From contig JBLNBA010000002.1 of the NCBI GenBank assembly GCA_050259635.1, positions 154,906 to 218,905 of the forward strand: a stretch of 64,000 bases of DNA. The letters run 5' to 3'. The translations under genes were made by a program, and so were the position numbers. Positions 45,690 through 56,424 of this stretch are shown in pieces (positions within the stretch are counted from its first letter, which is position 1; every line of letters begins with the position of its first letter). The notes below the pieces were generated by a model that saw only the letters and a list, made by a program, of their open reading frames with translations, was not told the origin of the DNA and ran no database searches. The DNA comes from Bacillota bacterium. Lineage in GTDB: Bacteria; Patescibacteriota; Patescibacteriia; Patescibacteriales; UBA12465.

Positions 45690-47888
45690 ATGCAGAGACG
45701 CGTTTTTTTTGCCCTCATCCTCTTGGCCGCGCTTACTTTTTCCGGTTGCACTTTGCCTTGGAAAAAGAAAGCGCAGGAACCGGTGGATTCTGCCAGCGCT
45801 ACGGAACAGCCAGTCGACGATAAATTTTCCGGGCAGCTCAAGAAGTTCAAAGACCTCCAGTCTTTGGATTCTTTCTTGCGCTCTAACGGCGGCAGTTTGA
45901 CCGATGAGGTTGTTATCCGAGATTATAGAGGCGAAACGGTCGCCGCTTCGGGAGATTACGTCTATGCCGCTGTTTATAATGACCTATATATTGTAAAGAC
46001 GGCGGCCGGTGAGCAGGGAAGAGCGGTCGCTAAGATCACCTTTAATTCCCGGCCTTTGGCTGTCTTTGTTTCGAAGGGAAAACTGGTGGTAATCGGAAAC
46101 GATGAGCAGCTGCTCCAGTCCCAGGCATATAAGTCCTTCCGTCGAAAATCTCCCTTTGTTTTTATCAAGGTATTTGATTTGGCAGATCCGGCATCACCCA
46201 AGCAAGTAAGAGATCTGTCGGTCGAAGGTCGTTTGAAGGATACTTCAAATGCCGGCGGATTCCTGCGTTTGTTAATGGAAAATTATAACGGCTATTTTCC
46301 CGGAGAGACTCCAACTCCAAGGCTGGTAGACGGCGGCCGTATATTGGGGAACGATTGCGCCGATGGTAAGAAATGTTTTCTTCCGGAAACATATTATTTT
46401 GATGTCCAATACCCAGGAATCAGGATGGTATCGGTTGATACCATCGACCTTTCTAAAGATGATGCCCCGGTATTAAGTTCCGCTTTTATAGTTTCCAAAT
46501 CCCAGGAGGCCTTCTTTTCTGGTGAAAGCCTTTACCTTAGCTATTTTGGATCCTTTGACGGGAGTGATGCGGTCTTGTCCGCTATCGGCCAAGTGATAGA
46601 ACCGAAGCTTACCGAAAGCGTCCGCGCCTTGATAGGGAAGATCAGCCAAACCGATGCCTCCGTGCTTACACCGAGCGAGAAATCTGAGAAGATCGCTAAT
46701 CTTTACCGGTCCTATCTTAATTCTTTGGATGAGACCCAAGCCTTAACGGTCGATACTGAGATTGAGAATGCCTTGAAGACTGTGTATGTCGAGTCTAAAG
46801 CCTCTACCGCTATATATAAGTTCAGCTTGTCGCTGGTCCAGCCGGCTTATCGGGCGCTCGGTTCTGTGGAAGGGGAATTGGTTGCGAGCGCAGTGTCAGA
46901 AGACTTATCCGGTAATTTTCGGGCTGTTTCAGACAAGACGGTTTCTTTGGATATAACAGGAAAGCCCGCCAGACGCGCCTACGTCAGTGTCCTCGATTCA
47001 GATCTGAAGACCATTGGGACGTCCGTAGAAATTTCTGATAACGGCGACATCAAGCAAGCGGCTTTTTCTGCTCGGAAAATATCGGTCCTCTCCGGAGATG
47101 CCGTCTATTCTGCCGACTTAACCGATCCGCGAGGAATAAAAAGTCTGGGCAAGGTAGGGGTTTCCTCGGCGAAAGCCTTGTATCCATACGATGATAACTA
47201 TGCGGTGGCGGTTGGCGGAGAAGACGGGCAAGTAAAGGCGGTCCTTATCGACATTTCCGGTCAAACCAGCCGAGAAAGTGATATCTTCCGTTTCGGGAAC
47301 GGCTCTGAGACCGTCTTTGACGCCAGTTTCCAACCGATTGATACCAAAAATAACCATATTGTCCTTCCTATTATCAGGAGAGCCGGTTCGGCTATTAGTT
47401 TTAGCGGAATAACAGCCTTAAGCATCGGTGAGGGCCGCTTTATTCTGAGGGGTGATATCGACCACTCCGACGGCGGTCGCTATATTCGGGAGGATGCCTC
47501 TTTTGGGGCTGGTTTTAGGGATAATACGGTCCGGAATACCTGGGTTCAGAATGGTTCCTTATATACTTTTTCCAATAAATATATTAAAGTTAACGCTTTG
47601 GAGGGCGGAGCAGCTCTCCAGGCGATTAAGTTACTCCCTGATACGGAAGCCGATTTAGCTGCTCCCCAACCGGTAAAGACGGAGGAAACACCTGAAACTA
47701 ATTCCGGAGATGGACCGATTGGGCCCGCCCTTCCTCCTGAAGTGGCCCCGGAAACGCCGACCGACACTAATCCGCCTGTCCTTCCGGATGGGACTGAGAC
47801 GTTGCCGGCTGGAACTCAGCCTGAAATTCCGGCTCCGGATCCCCTTGAGACTCCCGTTGATCCGATTGATTTGGCACCACAATCGTAA
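45690..47888 (+). CDS. lipoprotein, large beta-rich (possibly beta-propeller) extracytoplasmic protein with Pro/Thr-rich C-terminal tail
   Basis: lipobox LTFSGC; Pro/Thr-rich tail. Confidence 0.4.
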   Translation: MQRRVFFALILLAALTFSGCTLPWKKKAQEPVDSASATEQPVDDKFSGQLKKFKDLQSLDSFLRSNGGSLTDEVVIRDYRGETVAASGDYVYAAVYNDLYIVKTAAGEQGRAVAKITFNSRPLAVFVSKGKLVVIGNDEQLLQSQAYKSFRRKSPFVFIKVFDLADPASPKQVRDLSVEGRLKDTSNAGGFLRLLMENYNGYFPGETPTPRLVDGGRILGNDCADGKKCFLPETYYFDVQYPGIRMVSVDTIDLSKDDAPVLSSAFIVSKSQEAFFSGESLYLSYFGSFDGSDAVLSAIGQVIEPKLTESVRALIGKISQTDASVLTPSEKSEKIANLYRSYLNSLDETQALTVDTEIENALKTVYVESKASTAIYKFSLSLVQPAYRALGSVEGELVASAVSEDLSGNFRAVSDKTVSLDITGKPARRAYVSVLDSDLKTIGTSVEISDNGDIKQAAFSARKISVLSGDAVYSADLTDPRGIKSLGKVGVSSAKALYPYDDNYAVAVGGEDGQVKAVLIDISGQTSRESDIFRFGNGSETVFDASFQPIDTKNNHIVLPIIRRAGSAISFSGITALSIGEGRFILRGDIDHSDGGRYIREDASFGAGFRDNTVRNTWVQNGSLYTFSNKYIKVNALEGGAALQAIKLLPDTEADLAAPQPVKTEETPETNSGDGPIGPALPPEVAPETPTDTNPPVLPDGTETLPAGTQPEIPAPDPLETPVDPIDLAPQS

Positions 47889-47894
47889 TTATCT

Positions 47895-48659
47895 ATGGTT
47901 AAGAGATCATCTATTATTTTGCAAGTCATCTTCTGGATATCGCCTATATTCTATTGGGCGGTCTGGCAGATAATACAAGCTAATCCCGAACTGCTTTGGA
48001 CTTTAGCTCCCGCCTCTTTCGTTTTGCTGATTCCGGTCGCTTATGAAGCGGCAGCGGAAACAAGGTCATGGCGCTTTTTCTATATCCTTCTAGGATTAGT
48101 TTTAACAATCGTTAGTTTTTTCCTTTTCATTTCTTTTTTGCCAGGCGCTTGGAAGGCGGAAATACTCTGGTTACTTATGATCGCTTTCCTCTACCGTTAT
48201 TTATGGTCGGCCAGGAAGGCTTCGAGAGGCGGACCACCTGAAGATTGGATGCTTGTTTCTCTCTATGGTGGTTTGCTAACCGTCTTTTTGGCTGCATCTT
48301 CCTTATTCGCACTCCAGTCGTTCTTAAGTATCTCGCCGTGGCTTTTGCTAGCTTCTTTCATACCTTTCGTGGTCGCGATCACCCGGCTGATCGCTTATTC
48401 CCAGGGCTGGAACCGGAAACAGGATAAATGGGTCTGGCCGCTTATTTCTATTTTGCCCCTGGAGATTGCCATGGCGTTTTCACTTCTGCCTTTGAATTAT
48501 TTGATTGCCGGAATACTCTGTACCCTGGCGTATTATTCGATGCTTAATTTTTTAAGGCTTTATATGAACGGAGGCCTAACTAGGAGGAAGATAAAGAATT
48601 ATGCCTGGTTTACCGCGGTCAGCCTTATTATTATTTTATTAACGGCACGTTGGCTTTAA
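47895..48659 (+). CDS. polytopic membrane protein, hypothetical
   Basis: at least 6 hydrophobic segments. Confidence 0.4.
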   Translation: MVKRSSIILQVIFWISPIFYWAVWQIIQANPELLWTLAPASFVLLIPVAYEAAAETRSWRFFYILLGLVLTIVSFFLFISFLPGAWKAEILWLLMIAFLYRYLWSARKASRGGPPEDWMLVSLYGGLLTVFLAASSLFALQSFLSISPWLLLASFIPFVVAITRLIAYSQGWNRKQDKWVWPLISILPLEIAMAFSLLPLNYLIAGILCTLAYYSMLNFLRLYMNGGLTRRKIKNYAWFTAVSLIIILLTARWL

Positions 48660-48668
48660 TCTATCTAT

Positions 48669-49787
48669 ATGAAAAACAAATTATTACCCGTCATTCTCAC
48701 CGCGACCGCCTTCGGTTTGCTGGCCGGCGCCGTTGGTGCTTTGATAGCCGGCGTATATGGCTCGAGCAGCCTGAGCGTGGGATCTTTCAATCGGGAGCTT
48801 GATTTAAGCAGCTTGGGTTATCTCTCTCCAAATCTGGTTATCCGCGACGCCAAGAAAGTAGTAGTGAACCAGGATGTAAAGGCGGATGAGACCATCCGCG
48901 ATCTTCGCCAGAGCCTGCTCGGGGTGTTCGTGAAGAAAGAAGGCGAAGCAATATATGAATTACATGCCCCTTTTGCCCAGGCACTGGCCGCCACTAGCGA
49001 TGGCTGGGTAATGGCGGCTTGGCCTAAAGTGCCAAGCAAGGCGGAGATCGAGACTATTAAAGACACTTATGTCGTAGTTGATGATTCTCGTAAGGTATAT
49101 GCAGTTGATCAGGTGCTTTCTTCAGAAGGAGCCGGCGCTTTCATTTTTCTCCATCTCGCGTCTTCCAGCGGTTTGAATGTCCGCCGCCTGTCTCCGGATT
49201 CCGATATCAAGGCGGGCCAGTCCCTGATCATCTCTTCCGCCCTAGATTCATTTCTCCTCGATAGCCTCCAGTCTAAGAGCATGGCTTCTTCTTTGCTTTC
49301 TAGCGATAGCTATCCCCTCACTTTGCGCTTTGCGGCGGGATCGGCGCTTAAGCCTGCATACGCTTTTAACCTCAATGGTGATCTTGTGGCAGCGGTAGAT
49401 GCGCAGGGCAGACAGCTGGCTGGTCCGGTGTTAGACGCTTATTGGCGGTCTCTTTTACGCAAACAGGATTTGTCTTTACCCTCTCTTGGCGTAAACTACC
49501 TGGATTTATCCGCGGTAGCTATCGGCGGGTCGAGATCGTATCCGGAAAAGGGAGCTCTACTGAAAGTTCGTGGTGAATTGCCGGCGGTGATAAAAGGCGG
49601 CCCGGCAGATAAAGCCGGCCTTATCGCCGGTGATATCATCGTGCGCCTTGATGGTATTGAAATTAACGCCGATAATAACCTCTCGGTCTTGTTGGCTACA
49701 TATGAGGCGGGTGATCGTGTCACCGTCAGTTATTTACGGAAGAATTTGCCAGCCCAAGTGGAAGTGACCTTGGGAGAGGCGAAGTGA
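48669..49787 (+). CDS. membrane-anchored PDZ-domain protein, HtrA-like with apparently degenerate protease domain
   Basis: N-terminal TM; C-terminal PDZ (GGPADKAGLIAGDIIVRLDG); no GNSGG serine motif. Confidence 0.45.
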   Translation: MKNKLLPVILTATAFGLLAGAVGALIAGVYGSSSLSVGSFNRELDLSSLGYLSPNLVIRDAKKVVVNQDVKADETIRDLRQSLLGVFVKKEGEAIYELHAPFAQALAATSDGWVMAAWPKVPSKAEIETIKDTYVVVDDSRKVYAVDQVLSSEGAGAFIFLHLASSSGLNVRRLSPDSDIKAGQSLIISSALDSFLLDSLQSKSMASSLLSSDSYPLTLRFAAGSALKPAYAFNLNGDLVAAVDAQGRQLAGPVLDAYWRSLLRKQDLSLPSLGVNYLDLSAVAIGGSRSYPEKGALLKVRGELPAVIKGGPADKAGLIAGDIIVRLDGIEINADNNLSVLLATYEAGDRVTVSYLRKNLPAQVEVTLGEAK

Positions 49788-49791
49788 ATCT

Positions 49792-50967
49792 ATGGCTAAG
49801 GTAAAAAGCATTAGACTGAAACGACAATGGAAGGGCGTAAGGGTGCTGTTGCGGGTCGATTTTAATGTTCCCAAGGACGGGAAGAATATCGCTGAGGATT
49901 TTCGGATTACCGCTGCGCTTCCCACGCTTCGTTTCCTGATCAGCAAAGGTGCCCGGGTGATAATTTTAAGCCACTGGGGAGATCCCAAGGGTTGGGATAA
50001 ATCCCTTTCCACCAAGCCGCTAGCCGCTCGCTTAAGCAGGCTTTCCAAACTAAAGATCAAGCACGTGGCGGATATTGCCGGAAAGAAAGCTTTGGCCGCG
50101 ATTGCAAAATTAGAAGACGGCGAGGTTCTCATGTTGGAGAATGTCCGTTTTGAAGCAGGGGAAAAAGATAATAGCCGGGAATTCGCCAAGCAGCTTGCTT
50201 CTTTGGCGGAGGTGTATGTCAATGACGCTTTTTCCGTTTGCCACCGAGATCAAGCATCGGTGAGCCTGGTTTCTGGTCTCCTTCCTTCGTACGCCGGCCT
50301 CCAGGTGGGGGAGGAAATTCGTAATCTGGATCGCGTCCTTGAGCCGCAGAAGCCACTCATAGTCATCATGGGCGGGTCGAAGATCGCCACGAAGGCGCCG
50401 CTTATCCGCAAGCTCTATCCTAAAGCGGAAAAGATCCTCCTGGGCGGCGGTTTAGCTAATACTTTTTTGAAATGGCAGGGTAAGGAAATTGGAAAATCAC
50501 TAGCCGATGATGACGCCAAGGAATATATAGAGCCCTTCTTCGTTAAGGGAAAACTCAAAGCCAAGATAATACTTCCTGTGGATGCAGTAGTGGAATCTTC
50601 TTCCGGAAGAAATTATTGCAAAATTGTGGAAGGGATTAATAAAGGCGATCGCATCTTTGATATCGGTCCGGAGACGGTGGCGCTGTTTAGCTCCTTGATC
50701 AAGAAGGGTAAGACGATTGTCTGGAACGGGCCTTTAGGAAAGTTCGAGGATGCTCCTTTCCGCCATGGGACTCAGGCGGTGGCGGAGGTCATCGCGGCCA
50801 GGTCTACTGGGAAAGCTTTCGGTTTAGTCGGGGGCGGTGAAACAGTGGATGCCTTGAAACGCACCAAGATGGAGTCATATGTCGACTGGGTTTCTACGGC
50901 CGGCGGTGCCATGCTTTCTTATCTAGGGGGCGAAAAGCTCCCTGGGTTGAAAAATATTCTCAAATAA
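49792..50967 (+). CDS. pgk: phosphoglycerate kinase
   Basis: N-terminus RVDFNVP...; 391 aa. Confidence 0.85.
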   Translation: MAKVKSIRLKRQWKGVRVLLRVDFNVPKDGKNIAEDFRITAALPTLRFLISKGARVIILSHWGDPKGWDKSLSTKPLAARLSRLSKLKIKHVADIAGKKALAAIAKLEDGEVLMLENVRFEAGEKDNSREFAKQLASLAEVYVNDAFSVCHRDQASVSLVSGLLPSYAGLQVGEEIRNLDRVLEPQKPLIVIMGGSKIATKAPLIRKLYPKAEKILLGGGLANTFLKWQGKEIGKSLADDDAKEYIEPFFVKGKLKAKIILPVDAVVESSSGRNYCKIVEGINKGDRIFDIGPETVALFSSLIKKGKTIVWNGPLGKFEDAPFRHGTQAVAEVIAARSTGKAFGLVGGGETVDALKRTKMESYVDWVSTAGGAMLSYLGGEKLPGLKNILK

Positions 50968-50971
50968 AATT

Positions 50972-52273
50972 ATGCCAAAGAAGATTGCGGACAAGATCGC
51001 TTCGGTCAAAGCGAGGGAAATCCTTGATTCTCGGGGTTATCCAACAATTGAGGCTTGTGTCAGACTGGAATCGGGCGTGAAGGCTAAAGCGAGCGCTCCT
51101 GCCGGTATCGAGCCGGACAAGGGAAGCCTGAAAGATCTTCGCGACGGGGATAAGAAGCGGTTCTCAGGGAAGGGGGTGCTTCTGGCCGCCAATCATATTA
51201 ACGAGATAATTTCTTCTCGTCTGCAAGGCCTGGAAATCGGCAACCAGCAGGAGATAGATCGTCTGTTGATAGAGTTAGATGGCAGTTTGGACCGGCGGCA
51301 GCTGGGTGCAAACGCGATCTTTGCGGTATCGGTGGCAGTCGCCCGGGCGGCAGCCATTTCCCAAGGATTAGAGCTTTATGAATATATCTGCCAGGCATTT
51401 GCTCTGGCTAAGCCGGCGAATCTGCCGGTGCCCATGTTTAACATGTTTAACGGCGGCAGGCACGCCGATACCAATTTGGATTTTCAAGAATTTCTGCTCA
51501 TACCTCAGAAAGGAGCGGCCGCCTTTGCCAGTAGCGCCCGCGAAGGAGAAATGGCTAAAATGATTCGCGCCGGGGCCGAAACATATCATTGGCTAGGACA
51601 GGTTTTAAGGGAATCCGGTTTTGATACTGATACCGGCTTGGAGGGCGGCTATGCTCCCGATATGGATTCCAGCCTTAAGGCTTTGGAGATGATCATGGCG
51701 GCAGTTATCCGTGCCGGCTATAAGCCGGGAGTAGATTTTAAGCTTGGTATCGATATCGGTTCGGCCGGTCTTTATGACCAAGCTGCCGGGCGGTATATTT
51801 TCCCCTTGGATGAAGCCAGCCTTACCCCGCAAACATTATCTTCTTTATATAGTGATTGGCTTGAGCGCTATCCTTTGGCCTACCTTGAAGATGGAGTAGG
51901 CGACGAGGATTGGCCGGCCTGGCGGGAGGCGACCGCCGTTTTGGGGGATAAGCTGATCCTTGCCGGCGATGACCTTTTTGCCGGTAGCATTGAACGTCTA
52001 CGGCGGGGAATTGCCGAAAGAGCGGCTAATGCCATAGTGCTTAAGCCGAATCAGATTGGTACGTTGACAGAAGTGGTGGAATGTGCGAAACTTGCGCAAC
52101 GGCAGAATTACCGTCTAATCGTCTCCCATCGGGGGGCGGAAACTAATGACGACTTCATTTCTGACCTGGCAGCCGCCCTGGGTGCTCAATATCTCAAAGC
52201 CGGCTCGCTTTCCCGTGGAGAACGCGTGAGCAAATATAACCGCTTGGCGGAAATAGCGCTCATGCCTGCTTGA
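50972..52273 (+). CDS. eno: enolase
   Basis: segments IKAREILDSRGYPTIE and DLRDGDKKRFSGKGV; 433 aa. Confidence 0.8.
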   Translation: MPKKIADKIASVKAREILDSRGYPTIEACVRLESGVKAKASAPAGIEPDKGSLKDLRDGDKKRFSGKGVLLAANHINEIISSRLQGLEIGNQQEIDRLLIELDGSLDRRQLGANAIFAVSVAVARAAAISQGLELYEYICQAFALAKPANLPVPMFNMFNGGRHADTNLDFQEFLLIPQKGAAAFASSAREGEMAKMIRAGAETYHWLGQVLRESGFDTDTGLEGGYAPDMDSSLKALEMIMAAVIRAGYKPGVDFKLGIDIGSAGLYDQAAGRYIFPLDEASLTPQTLSSLYSDWLERYPLAYLEDGVGDEDWPAWREATAVLGDKLILAGDDLFAGSIERLRRGIAERAANAIVLKPNQIGTLTEVVECAKLAQRQNYRLIVSHRGAETNDDFISDLAAALGAQYLKAGSLSRGERVSKYNRLAEIALMPA

Positions 52274-52279
52274 TATTTT

Positions 52280-53164
52280 ATGTCACAAACCGAAACCGAT
52301 AATGACGGAAGTATGGAGGACGCCGATAAGCCGGCGTTCTTGCTTTGCCTTTTGTTAGACGGTCTTGGGATTTCCCAGGCAACCGAAGCCAACGCGGTGG
52401 CGATAGCAAAGATGCCGAATTTTTCCCGTTTCGTTAAACAATACCCGGTAACCTTGTTATCCGGAGGAGATGCTGATCCTCGCCGCCGATATTATTCCCT
52501 TGGTTGCGGCAGTTTAGAGATCATAGACGGACCATCTCCGCTAGGTGAGGCTTTATCTAATGAAGGCCGCCGTGTCCTTAAGATATGCGGAAGCGAGCAA
52601 TTGACGTCTCTAAACTATCACTTTAACGGCCAAAAAGAATTACCATATCCCGGTGAAGATCGCCTGGCTGTTACCACTCCTTCCCGAGGAAGCAGTCTCA
52701 AGGAATTTGCCAAAGAACTAAGCGGGTTGATTGCTGCCTCATTAAAAAGAAGGAAGCATGATGTGATCATTGCCAGCTTGCCCTTTGCCCAGGAGGCGTC
52801 TGCTAACGGTGATTTCAAAGATACTGTCCGGAGCCTGCAGCAGATAGATAGGCTGATTGGCAAGATAGCCGATATCGTCCTTAATACCTCGGGAATCCTT
52901 ATCATCACCGCTCCTTACGGAAACGCGGAAAAGACCAAGGATCTGGCGGCTGACTGGGAAGACCGGGAACCGACTGAAAATCCTGTTCCATTTCTAGTAA
53001 TTGGCAAGGAATATGAAGGGAAGACGATTGGTCTAGCCGATCCTTTGGAAGGAGATCTGAGCGTTTTGGCTCCGGCCGGGACTCTTGCTGACTTCTCACC
53101 CACTGTCTTGTCCCTGCTAGGTATTGCCAAGCCGGAGGGAATGCTTGGCAAGAGCTTGATTTGA
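52280..53164 (+). CDS. short (294 aa) iPGM/metalloenzyme-superfamily homolog lacking the transferase domain; metal-ligand motifs apparently substituted
   Basis: N-terminal FLLCLLLDGLG...ANAVAIAKMPNF and C-terminal IITAPYGNAE...NPVPFLV...LLGIAKPEGMLGKSLI resemble the iPGM termini; PYGN where DHGN is expected. Confidence 0.45.
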   Translation: MSQTETDNDGSMEDADKPAFLLCLLLDGLGISQATEANAVAIAKMPNFSRFVKQYPVTLLSGGDADPRRRYYSLGCGSLEIIDGPSPLGEALSNEGRRVLKICGSEQLTSLNYHFNGQKELPYPGEDRLAVTTPSRGSSLKEFAKELSGLIAASLKRRKHDVIIASLPFAQEASANGDFKDTVRSLQQIDRLIGKIADIVLNTSGILIITAPYGNAEKTKDLAADWEDREPTENPVPFLVIGKEYEGKTIGLADPLEGDLSVLAPAGTLADFSPTVLSLLGIAKPEGMLGKSLI

Positions 53165-53223
53165 AACATTATATTGATATAATTTAGATAATCGTACAAA
53201 AACAACAAATAGAAGGAGGAAAA

Positions 53224-53466
53224 ATGCAAAATGATGCAAGACTTGCAGTAAATGAGGAGGAAGCCGTCAATAAGATGGCCGAACTCCTTGAGATGTCTCC
53301 TTTCGATAAGAAGGAAGTCATAAGGAAAGCGCTTCAGAGACAATCTTTGAATCCAAAGTTTATGCATGACTTAGGATATACAAGGTTAATGTTTGCCCGG
53401 ATGCTTTCGAAACTCGAAAGCGGACTACGTTCTTATACCTGCCGGCAGTACCTCTTGATCGAGTAA
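53224..53466 (+). CDS. hypothetical 80-aa protein
   Basis: consensus Shine-Dalgarno AAGGAGGAAAAATG and own terminator. Confidence 0.4.
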   Translation: MQNDARLAVNEEEAVNKMAELLEMSPFDKKEVIRKALQRQSLNPKFMHDLGYTRLMFARMLSKLESGLRSYTCRQYLLIE

Positions 53467-53487
53467 TCTCGATTAGGTCAGAAAATA

Positions 53488-53519
53488 AAAAGACCGTTTT
53501 TAAAGCGGTCTTCTTTTTT
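53488..53519. terminator. bidirectional terminator (AAGACCG-loop-CGGTCTT)
   Basis: 7-bp stem with flanking A-run and T-run. Confidence 0.65.
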
Positions 53520-53533
53520 ATCCAAATATTCTC

Positions 53534-53968
53534 TTAAAATCCCAGCATGTATCCTGCCAGACTGACACTCATGCCGATTAAGGCCCCGATTATCACTTGC
53601 AAAGGCGTGTGGCCGATGTGCTCCAGCTGTTTGGGGTATAGATTGTCCAGATAATCGTCTTCTTTGAGATCCTTCACGAGGATGTTCAGGGTTTTGCCAT
53701 GCTGCCCGAGATAGTTCCTTAGTCCGATAGCGTCTGTGATGACGATGGTCATCAAGACAAAAGCAATCGCAAAACTGTTAGACCAGAGTCCGTCACGCAG
53801 GCCGACAACCATGGTCAGCGAAGTAACGGTGGCAGTGTGGCCGCTCGGCATGTCCGAATAGGCGAAGATGTCGCGCCAACGAAAACGCCGGTTCCTGCTC
53901 TTGAGCAGGACTTTCATGCCTTGGGCAAGAGCGAAGGCGATGACTGGATAGATTAAGTATGGAGGCAT
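53534..53968 (-). CDS. DUF212 / divergent PAP2-like membrane protein
   Basis: motif PSGHTATV; 144 aa, multi-TM. Confidence 0.55.
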   Translation of the reverse strand: MPPYLIYPVIAFALAQGMKVLLKSRNRRFRWRDIFAYSDMPSGHTATVTSLTMVVGLRDGLWSNSFAIAFVLMTIVITDAIGLRNYLGQHGKTLNILVKDLKEDDYLDNLYPKQLEHIGHTPLQVIIGALIGMSVSLAGYMLGF

Positions 53969-53969
53969 A

Positions 53970-56054
<2,085 letters not shown>

Positions 56055-56115
56055 TTATATTGATATTATAACAAAATTCAGCGGTCAAAGCAAACGGCTC
56101 TGGGCTAATTACCTC

Positions 56116-56144
56116 TTGACAATCTGGATATTTTTAGGTAATAT
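56116..56144 (+). promoter_or_regulatory. promoter TTGACA, 17-bp spacer, TAATAT
   Basis: consensus hexamers 35 nt upstream of the small ORF. Confidence 0.5.
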
Positions 56145-56179
56145 CATGGTAGTTTAACCACCACAAAAAATCGTTCATT

Positions 56180-56350
56180 ATGTTCAGGAAATTATTAAAG
56201 AATAGCCAGGATCGGCGCCCGGCTAAGAATCCGAAGGCTATTAAAATTAGAAAGAATCTTGGAGAAGGTAAAAAGATCTGCCATGACTGCGGTGGCAGCT
56301 ACCCGGCAAATTACGTGAGCTGTCCCAGGACATATTTACACAATAACTAA
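56180..56350 (+). CDS. 56-aa basic zinc-ribbon protein (below the ORF-track cutoff)
   Basis: hand translation MFRKLLKNSQDRRPAKNPKAIKIRKNLGEGKKICHDCGGSYPANYVSCPRTYLHNN, with a CxxC...C arrangement. Confidence 0.4.
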   Translation: MFRKLLKNSQDRRPAKNPKAIKIRKNLGEGKKICHDCGGSYPANYVSCPRTYLHNN

Positions 56351-56358
56351 GATCAATC

Positions 56359-56387
56359 CGGCTTTGTCTCCACAAAGCCTTTTTTAT
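56359..56387 (+). terminator. terminator (GGCTTTGT-ctcc-ACAAAGCC + T6)
   Basis: perfect 8-bp stem. Confidence 0.65.
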
Positions 56388-56424
56388 TTGGCAAAGATGC
56401 TCTTTTGCGTTATCATTTCCATAT

